NCBI GenBank assembly: GCA_030704615.1 | Contig: CM060734.1 | Coordinates: forward strand, 27,032,001-27,096,000 | DNA: 64,000 nucleotides | Reading direction: 5' to 3' | Source: Takakia lepidozioides | Taxonomy: Eukaryota; Plantae; Bryophyta | In this document: positions 54,829-64,000 of the stretch, piece after piece | How positions within the stretch are numbered: position 1 is the first letter of the stretch | Layout of the letters: the number at the start of each line of letters is the position of its first letter | Position numbers and translations under genes: made by a program | The notes under the pieces: model-generated | Databases searched by the model: none | Told to the model about the DNA's origin: nothing | What the model saw: only the letters and a program-made list of their open reading frames with translations

Positions 54829-56876
54829 GGGTGAACCCATCGTTCGATGTTCAAATGAATTTTTGATTGCTTTCAAACATTGCGAGTGTGTTGGACTTAC
54901 CTTGTCAGAGGTACGTGTGCAGTATCATGTCAATCGAAATTGATTCAAAGGGTGAACCCATCGTTCGATGTTCAAATGAATTTTGATTGCTTTCAAACAT
55001 TGCGAGTGTGTTGGACATACCTTGTCAGAGGTACGTGTGGAGTATCAGGTCAATCGAATCTGATTCAAAGGGTGAACCCATCGTTCGATGTTCAAATGAA
55101 TTTTTGATTGCTTTCAATCTTTGCGAGTGTGTTGGACATACCTTGTCACATGCTCCTCTCAAGTATGAAGTCAATCAAAATTGATTGAAAGGGTGAACCC
55201 ATCGTTCGATGTTCAAATGATCTTTGATTGCTTTCAAACATGGCGAGTGTGTTGGACATACCTTGTCAGAGGTACGTGTCAAGTATCATGTCAATCGAAA
55301 TGGATTCAAAGGGTGAACCCATCGTTCGATGTTCAAATGAATTTTTGATTGCTTTCAATCTTTGCGAGTGTGTTGGACATACCTTGTCACATGCTCCTCT
55401 CAAGTATGAAGTCAATCAAAATAAATTGAAAGGGTGAACCCATCGTTCGATGTTCAAATGATTTTGATTGCTTTCAATCTTTGCGAGTGTGTTGGACATA
55501 CCTTGTCACATGCTCCTCTCAAGTATGAAGTCAATCAGAATTGATTGAAAGGGTGAACCCATTGTTCGATGTTCCAATGAATTTTTGATTGTTTTCAAAC
55601 ATTGCGAGTGTGTTGGACATACCTTGTCACATGCTCCTCTCAAGTATGAAGTCAATCAAAATTGATTGAAAGGGTGAACCCATCGTTCGATGTTCAAATG
55701 ATCTTTGATTGCTTTCAAACATGGCGAGTGTGTTGGACATACCTTGTCAGAGGTACGTGTCAAGTATCATGTCAATCGAAATGGATTCAAAGGTTGAACC
55801 CATCGTTCGATGTTCAAATGAATTTTGATTGCTTTCAATCTTTGCGAGTGTGTTGGACATACCTTGTCACATGCTCCTCTCAAGTATGAAGTCAATCAAA
55901 ATTGATTGAAAGGGTGAACCCATCGTTCGATGTTCAAATGATCTTTGATTGCTTTCAAACATTGCGAGTGTGTTGGACATACCTTGTCAGAGGTACGTGT
56001 CGAGTATGAGGTCAATCGAAATTGATTCAAAGGGTGAACCCATCGTTCGATGTTCAAATGAATTTTTGATTGCATTCAATCTTTGCGAGTGTGTTGGACA
56101 TACCTTGTCACATGCTCCTCTCAAGTATGAGGTCAATCGAAATTGATTCAAAGGGTGAACCCATCGTTCGATGTTCAAATGATTTTTGATTGCTTTCAAT
56201 CTTTGCGAGTGTGTTGGACATACCTTGTCACATGCTCCTCTCAAGTATGAAGTCAATCAAAATTGATTGAAAGGGTGAACCCATCGTTCGATGTTCAAAT
56301 GATTTTTGATTGCTTTCAAACATTGCGAGTGTGTTGGACATACCTTGTCACATGCTCCTCTCAAGTATGAAGTCAATCAAAATTGATTGAAAGGGTGAAC
56401 CCATCGTTCAATGTTCAAATGATTTTTGATTGCTTTCAAACATTGCGAGTGTGTTGGACATACCTTGTCACATGCTCCTCTCAAGTATGAAGTCAATGAA
56501 AATTGATTGAAAGGGTGAACCCATCGTTCGATGTTCAAATTGATCTTTGATTGCTTTCCAAACATTGCGAGTGTGTTGGACATACCTTGTCAGAGGTACG
56601 TGTCGAGTATCAGGTCAATCGAAATTGATTCAAAGGGTGAACCCATCGTTCGATGTTCAAATGAATTTTTGATTGCATTCAATCTTTGCGAGTGTGTTGG
56701 ACATACCTTGTCACATGCTCCTCTCAAGTATGAGATCAATCGAAATTGATTGAAAGGGTGAACCCATCGTTCGATGTTCAAATGAATTTTTGATTGCTTT
56801 CAATCTTTGCGAGTGTGTTGGACATACCTTGTCACATGCTCCTCTCAAGTATGAAGTCAATCAAAATTGATTGAAA

Positions 56877-58187
56877 GGGTGAACCCATCGTTCGATGTTC
56901 AAATGAATTTTGATTGCTTTCAAACATTGCGAGTGTGTTGGACTTACCTTGTCAGAGGTACGTGTCGAGTATGAGGTCAATCAAAATTGATTCAAAGGGT
57001 GAACCCATCGTTCGATGTTCAAATGAATTTTTGATTGCTTTCAATCTTTGCGAGTGTGTTGGACATACCTTGTCACATGCTCCTCTCAAGTATGAAGTCA
57101 ATCAAAATTGATTGAAAGGGTGAACCATCGTTCGATGTTCAAATGATCTTGATTGCTTTCAAACATTGCGAGTGTGTTGGACATTACCTTGTCAGAGGTA
57201 CGTGTCGAGTATGAGGTCAATCGAAATTGATTCAAAGGGTGAACCCATCGTTCGATGTTCAAATGAATTTTTGATTGCTTTCAATCTTGCGAGTGTGTTG
57301 GACATACCTTGTCACATGCTCCTCTCAAGTATGAAGTCAATCAAAATTGATTGAAAGGGTGAACCCATCGTTCGATGTTCAAATGATTTTTGATTGCTTT
57401 CAAACATTGCGAGTGTGTTGGACATACCTTGTCACATGCTCCTCTCAAGTATGAAGTCAATCAGAATTGATTGAAAGGGTGAACCCATTGTTCGATGTTC
57501 AAATGAATTTTTGATTGCTTTCAAACATTGCGAGTGTGTTGGACATACCTTGTCACATGCTCCTCTCAAGTATGAAGTCAATCAAAATTGATTGAAAGGG
57601 TGAACCCATCGTTCGATGTTCAATGAATCTTTGATTGCTTTCAAACATTGCGAGTGTGTTGGACATACCTTGTCAGAGGTACGTGTCAAGTATGATGTCA
57701 ATCGAAATGGATTCAAAGGGTGAACCCATCGTTCGATGTTCAAATGAATTTTGATTGCTTTCAATCTTTGCGAGTGTGTTGGACATACCTTGTCACATGC
57801 TCCTCTCAAGTATGAAGTCAATCAAAATAAATTGAAAGGGTGAACCCATTGTTCGATGTTCAAATGATCTTTGATTGCTTCCAAACATTGAGAGTGTGTT
57901 GGACATACCTTGTCAGAGGTACGTGTCGAGTATCAGGTCAATCGAAATTGATTCAAAGGGTGAACCCATCGTTCGATGTTCAAATGAATTTTTGATTGCA
58001 TTCAATCTTTGCGAGTGTGTTGGACATACCTTGTCACATGCTCCTCTCAAGTATGAGGTCAATCGAAATTGATTCAAAGGGTGAACCCATCGTTCGATGT
58101 TCAAATGAATTTTTGATTGCTTTCAATCTTTGCGAGTGTGTTGGACATACCTTGTCACATGCTCCTCTCAATCAAAATGGATTGAAA
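56877..58187 (+). repeat. 11-monomer higher-order repeat copy ending in a 12-bp-deleted monomer
   Basis: Shares the same positional variants as 53516-54828. Confidence 0.75.
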
Positions 58188-61100
58188 GGGTGAATGTCAA
58201 GTATCAGGTCAATCGAAATTGATTCAAAGGGTGAACCCATCGTTCGATGTTCAAATGAATTTTGATTGCTTTCAAACATTGCGAGTGTGTTGGACATACC
58301 TTGTCAGAGGTACGTGTCAAGTATCAGGTCAATCGAATTGATTCAAAGGGTGAACCCATCGTTCGATGTTCAAATGAATTTTTGATTGCTTTCAATCTTT
58401 GCGAGTGTGTTGGACATACCTTGTCACATGCTCCTCTCAAGTATGAAGTCAATCAAAATTGATTGAAAAGGTGAACCCATCGTTCGATGTTCAAATGAAT
58501 TTTTGATTGCTTTCAAACATGCGAGTGTGTTGGACATACCTTGTCACATGCTCCTCTCAATATGAAGTCAATCGAAATTGATTCAAAGGGTGAACCCATC
58601 GTTCGATGTTCAAATGATTTTTGATTGCTTTCAATCTTTGCGAGTGTGTTGGACATACCTTGTCACATGCTCCTCTCAAGTATGAAGTCAATCAAAATTG
58701 ATTGAAAGGGTGAACCCATCGTTCGATGTTCAAATGATTTTGATTGCTTTCAATCTTTGCGAGTGTGTTGGACATACCTTGTCACATGCTCCTCTCAAGT
58801 ATGAAGTCAATCGAAATTGATTGAAAGGGTGAACCCATCGTTCGATGTTCAAATGAATTTTTGATTGCTTTCAAACATTGCGAGTGTGTTGGACATACCT
58901 TGTCACATGCTCCTCTCAAGTATGAAGTCAATCAAAATTGATTGAAAGGGTGAACCCATCGTTCGATGTTCAAATGATTTTTGATTGCTTTCAAACATTG
59001 CGAGTGTGTTGGACATACCTTGTCAGAGGTACGTGTCAAGTATGAGGTCAATCGAAATTGATTCAAAGGGTGAACCCATCGTTCGATGTTCAAATGAATT
59101 TTTGATTGCTTTCAATCTTTGCGAGTGTGTTGGACATACCTTGTCACATGCTCCTCTCAAGTATGAAGTCAATCAAAATTGATTGAAAGGGTGAACCCAT
59201 CGTTCGATGTTCAAATGATCTTTGATTGCTTTCAAACATTGCGAGTGTGTTGGACATACCTTGTCAGAGGTACGTGTCGAGTATCAGGTCAATCGAAATT
59301 GATTCAAAGGGTGAACCCATCGTTCGATGTTCAAATGAATTTTTGATTGCTTTCAATCTTTGCGAGTGTGTTGGACATACCTTGTCACATGCTCCTCTCA
59401 AGTATGAAGTCAATCAAAATTGATTGAAAGGGTGAACCCATCGTTCGATGTTCAAATGATTTTGATTGCTTTCAATCTTTGCGAGTGTGTTGGACATACC
59501 TTGTCACATGCTCCTCTCAAGTATGAAGTCAATCAAAATTGATTGAAAGGGTGAACCCATCGTTCGATGTTCAAATGATTTTTGATTGCTTTCAAACATT
59601 GCGAGTGTGTTGGACATACCTTGTCACATGCTCCTCTCAAGTATGAAGTCAATCAAAATTGATTGAAAGGGTGAACCCATCGTTCGATGTTCAAATGATT
59701 TTTGATTGCTTTCAATCTTGCGAGTGTGTTGGACATACCTTGTCACATGCTCCTCTCAAGTATGAAGTCAATCAAAATTGATTGAAAGGGTGAACCCATC
59801 GTTCGATGTTCAAATGATCTTTGATTGCTTTCAAACATTGCGAGTGTGTTGGACATACCTTGTCAGAGGTACGTGTCGAGTATCAGGTCAATCGAAATTG
59901 ATTCAAAGGGTGAACCCATCGTTCGATGTTCAAATGAATTTTTGATTGCTTTCAATCTTTGCGAGTGTGTTGGACATACCTTGTCACATGCTCCTCTCAA
60001 GTATGAGTCAATCGAAATTGATTCAAAGGGTGAACCCATCGTTCGATGTTCAAATGAATTTTTGATTGCTTTCAATCTTTGCGAGTGTGTTGGACATACC
60101 TTGTCACATGCTCCTCTCAAGTATGAAGTCAATCAAAATTGATTGAAAGGGTGAACCCATCGTTCGATGTTCAAATGAATTTTTGATTGCTTTCAAACAT
60201 TGCGAGTGTGTTGGACATACCTTGTCAGAGGTACGTGTCGAGTATGAGGTCAATCAAATTGATTCAAAGGGTGAACCCATCGTTCGATGTTCAAATGAAT
60301 TTTTGATTGCTTTCAATCTTTGCGAGTGTGTTGGACATACCTTGTCACATGCTCCTCTCAAGTATGAAGTCAATCAAAATTGATTGAAAGGGTGAACCCA
60401 TCGTTCGATGTTCAAATGATCTTTGATTGCTTTCAAACATTGCGAGTGTGTTGGACATACCTTGTCAGAGGTACGTGTCAAGTATGAGGTCAATCGAAAT
60501 TGATTCAAAGGGTGAACCCATCGTTCGATGTTCAAATGAATTTTTGATTGCTTTCAATCTTTGCGAGTGTGTTGGACATACCTTGTCACATGCTCCTCTC
60601 AAGTATGAAGTCAATCAAAATTGATTGAAAGGGTGAACCCATCGTTCGATGTTCAAATGATTTTGATTGCTTTCAAACATTGCGAGTGTGTTGGACATAC
60701 CTTGTCACATGCTCCTCTCAAGTATGAAGTCAATCAAATTGATTGAAAGGGTGAACCCATCGTTCGATGTTCAAATGAATTTTTGATTGCTTTCAAACAT
60801 TGCGAGTGTGTTGGACATACCTTGTCACATGCTCCTCTCAAGTATGAAGTCAATCAAAATTGATTGAAAGGGTGAACCCATCGTTCGATGTTCAAATGAT
60901 TTTTGATTGCTTTCAAACATTGCGAGTGTGTTGGACATACCTTGTCAGAGGTACGTGTCAAGTATGAGTCAATCGAAATTGATTCAAAGGGTGAACCCAT
61001 CGTTCGATGTTCAAATGAATTTTTGATTGCTTTCAATCTTTGCGAGTGTGTTGGACATACCTTGTCACATGCTCCTCTCAAGTATGAAGTCAATCAAAAT

Positions 61101-64000
61101 TGATTGAAAGGGTGAACCCATCGTTCGATGTTCAAATGATCTTTGATTGCTTTCAAACATTGCGAGTGTGTTGGACATACCTTGTCAGAGGTACGTGTCG
61201 AGTATCAGGTCAATCGAAATTGATTCAAAGGGTGAACCCATCGTTCGATGTTCAAATGAATTTTTGATTGCTTTCAATCTTTGCGAGTGTGTTGGACATA
61301 CCTTGTCACATGCTCCTCTCAAGTATGAAGTCAATCAAAATTGATTGAAAGGGTGAACCCATCGTTCGATGTTCAAATGATCTTTGATTGCTTTCAAACA
61401 TTGCGAGTGTGTTGGACATACCTTGTCAGAGGTACGTGTCGAGTATCAGGTCAATCGAAATTGATTCAAAGGGTGAACCCATCGTTCGATGTTCAAATGA
61501 ATTTTTGATTGCTTTCAATCTTTGCGAGTGTGTTGGACATACCTTGTCACATGCTCCTCTCAAGTATGAGGTCAATCAAAATTGATTCAAAGGGTGAACC
61601 CATCGTTCGATGTTCAAATGAATTTTTGATTGCTTTCAATCTTTGCGAGTGTGTTGGACATACCTTGTCACATGCTCCTCTCAATCAAAATTGATTGAAA
61701 GGGTGAACCCATCGTTCGATGTTCAAATGAATTTTTGATTGCTTTCAAACATTGCGAGTGTGTTGGACATACCTTGTCACAGGTACGTGTCTCAAGTATG
61801 GTCAATCGAAATTGATTGAAAGGGTGAACCCATCGTTCGATGTTCAAATGAATTTTGATTGCTTTCAAACATTGCGAGTGTGTTGGACATACCTTGTCAG
61901 AGGTCGTCTCAAGTATGAGGTCAATCGAAATTGATTCAAAGGGTGAACCCATCGTTCGATGTTCAAATGAATTTTTGATTGCTTTCAATCTTTGCGAGTG
62001 TGTTGGACATACCTTGTCACATGCTCCTCTCAAGTATGAAGTCAATCAAAATTGATTGAAAGGGTGAACCCATCGTTCGATGTTCAAATGATTTTGATTG
62101 CTTTCAAACATTGCGAGTGTGTTGGACATACCTTGTCAGAGGTACGTGTCAAGTATCATGTCAATCGAAATTGATTCAAAGGGTGAACCCATCGTTCGAT
62201 GTTCAAATGAATTTTTGATTGCTTTCAATCTTTGCGAGTGTGTTGGACATACCTTGTCACATGCTCCTCTCAAGTATGAAGTCAATCAAAATTGATTGAA
62301 AGGGTGAACCCATCGTTCGATGTTCAAATGATTTTTGATTGCTTTCAATCTTTGCGAGTGTGTTGGACATACCTTGTCACATGCTCCTCTCAAGTATGAA
62401 GTCAATCAAAATTGATTGAAAGGGTGAACCCATCGTTCGATGTTCAAATGAATTTTTGATTGCTTTCAAACATTGCGAGTGTGTTGGACATACCTTGTCA
62501 CATGCTCCTCTCAAGTATGAAGTCAATCAAAATTGATTGAAAGGGTGAACCCATCGTTCGATGTTCAAATGATCTTTGATTGCTTTCAAACATTGCGAGT
62601 GTGTTGGACATACCTTGTCAGAGGTACGTGTCAAGTATCAGTCAATCGAAATTGATTCAAAGGGTGAACCCATCGTTCGATGTTCAAATGAATTTTTGAT
62701 TGCTTTCAATCTTTGCGAGTGTGTTGGACATACCTTGTCACATGCTCCTCTCAAGTATGAAGTCAATCAAAATTGATTGAAAGGGTGAACCCATCGTTCG
62801 ATGTTCAAATGATCTTTGATTGCTTTCAAACATTGCGAGTGTGTTGGACATACCTTGTCAGAGGTACGTGTCGAGTATGAGGTCAATCGAAATTGATTCA
62901 AAGGGTGAACCCATCGTTCGATGTTCAAATGAATTTTTGATTGCTTTCAATCTTTGCGAGTGTGTTGGACATACCTTGTCACATGCTCCTCTCAAGTATG
63001 AAGTCAATCGAAATTGATTCAAAGGGTGAACCCATCGTTCGATGTTCAAATGAATTTTTGATTGCTTTCAATCTTTGCGAGTGTGTTGGACATACCTTGT
63101 CACATGCTCCTCTCAAGTATGAAGTCAATCAAAATTGATTGAAAGGGTGAACCCATCGTTCGATGTTCAAATGATTTTTGATTGCTTTCAAACATTGCGA
63201 GTGTGTTGGACATACCTTGTCACATGCTCCTCTCAAGTATGAAGTCAATCAAAATTGATTGAAAGGGTGAACCCATCGTTCGATGTTCAAATGATTTTTG
63301 ATTGCTTTCAAACATTGCGAGTGTGTTGGACATACCTTGTCACATGCTCCTCTCAAGTATGAAGTCAATCAAAATTGATTGAAAGGGTGAACCCATCGTT
63401 CGATGTTCAAATGATCTTTGATTGCTTTCAAACATTGCGAGTGTGTTGGACATACCTTGTCAGAGGTACGTGTCGAGTATCAGGTCAATCGAAATTGATT
63501 CAAAGGGTGAACCCATCGTTCGATGTTCAAATGAATTTTTGATTGCTTTCAATCTTTGCGAGTGTGTTGGACATACCTTGTCACATGCTCCTCTCAAGTA
63601 TGAGTCAATCGAAATTGATTGAAAGGGTGAACCCATCGTTCGATGTTCAAATGAATTTTTGATTGCTTTCAATCTTTGCGAGTGTGTTGGACATACCTTG
63701 TCACATGCTCCTCTCAAGTATGAAGTCAATCAAAATTGATTGAAAGGGTGAACCCATCGTTCGATGTTCAAATGAATTTTTGATTGCTTTCAAACATTGC
63801 GAGTGTGTTGGACATACCTTGTCAGAGGTACGTGTCGAGTATGAGGTCAATCGAAATTGATTCAAAGGGTGAACCCATCGTTCGATGTTCAAATGAATTT
63901 TTGATTGCTTTCAATCTTTGCGAGTGTGTTGGACATACCTTGTCACATGCTCCTCTCAAGTATGAAGTCAATCAAAATTGATTGAAAGGGTGAACCCATC

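Larger units (their letters stand above)
12399..64000 (+). repeat. Satellite tandem array, 120/121-bp monomers, ~430 copies, with dimeric and higher-order structure
   Basis: Continuous head-to-tail monomers to the window end with no foreign insertion seen. B-A dimer period is 241 bp (e.g. equivalent ORF starts at 27929, 28170, 28411). Confidence 0.99.

Noticed and set aside
115-63981. Hundreds of 60-139 aa ORFs (MLSNIASVLDIPCQRYVSS..., MIERVNPSFDVQM...)
   Set aside because: They are translations of the satellite in all frames on both strands. Most use non-ATG starts, frames are shuffled by indels with no frame preservation, and no domain is recognisable.
1-64000. CRISPR-like pattern (palindromic conserved segment alternating with a variable segment)
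   Set aside because: The variable parts are two recurring alleles of the same sequence, not unique spacers. There is no leader and no cas gene.
1-64000. 5S rRNA or tRNA gene array (unit ~120 bp)
   Set aside because: There is no spacer between units, GC is low, and I see no 5S internal promoter boxes, 5S consensus or tRNA cloverleaf.
1-64000. Assignment to a named ~120-bp satellite (Ascaris 121-bp eliminated satellite, Triticeae pSc119.2)
   Set aside because: Only the length matches and I cannot support sequence identity from memory. BLASTN of the A and B consensus against nt and repeat databases would decide.

Overview
The whole window is non-coding tandem satellite DNA: about 530 copies (estimated from length) of an AT-rich (~38-42% GC) 120/121-bp monomer, typical of eukaryotic centromeric, pericentromeric or other heterochromatin. 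I cannot identify the family or organism from memory. There are two main monomer types, A (121 bp, diagnostic block CACATGCTCCTCTCAAG) and B (120 bp, diagnostic block CAGAGGTACGTGTCGAG), about 88% identical, plus recurrent A/B hybrids. Layout: + strand array 1-10612; 500-N gap 10613-11112; a more diverged inverted block of ~11 monomers 11113-12404; + strand array 12399-64000. The right array contains 241-bp B-A dimers organised into recurring 10-, 11- and 13-monomer higher-order repeats. All listed ORFs are reading-frame artefacts of the repeat. I found no gene, RNA gene, transposon or CRISPR array, and no new protein-coding system. The notable points are structural: a fold-back-like inversion junction at a 5-6 bp microhomology, an A/B diagnostic block that looks like a 12-bp micro-inversion, dense dyad symmetry in the monomer, and layered higher-order repeats.
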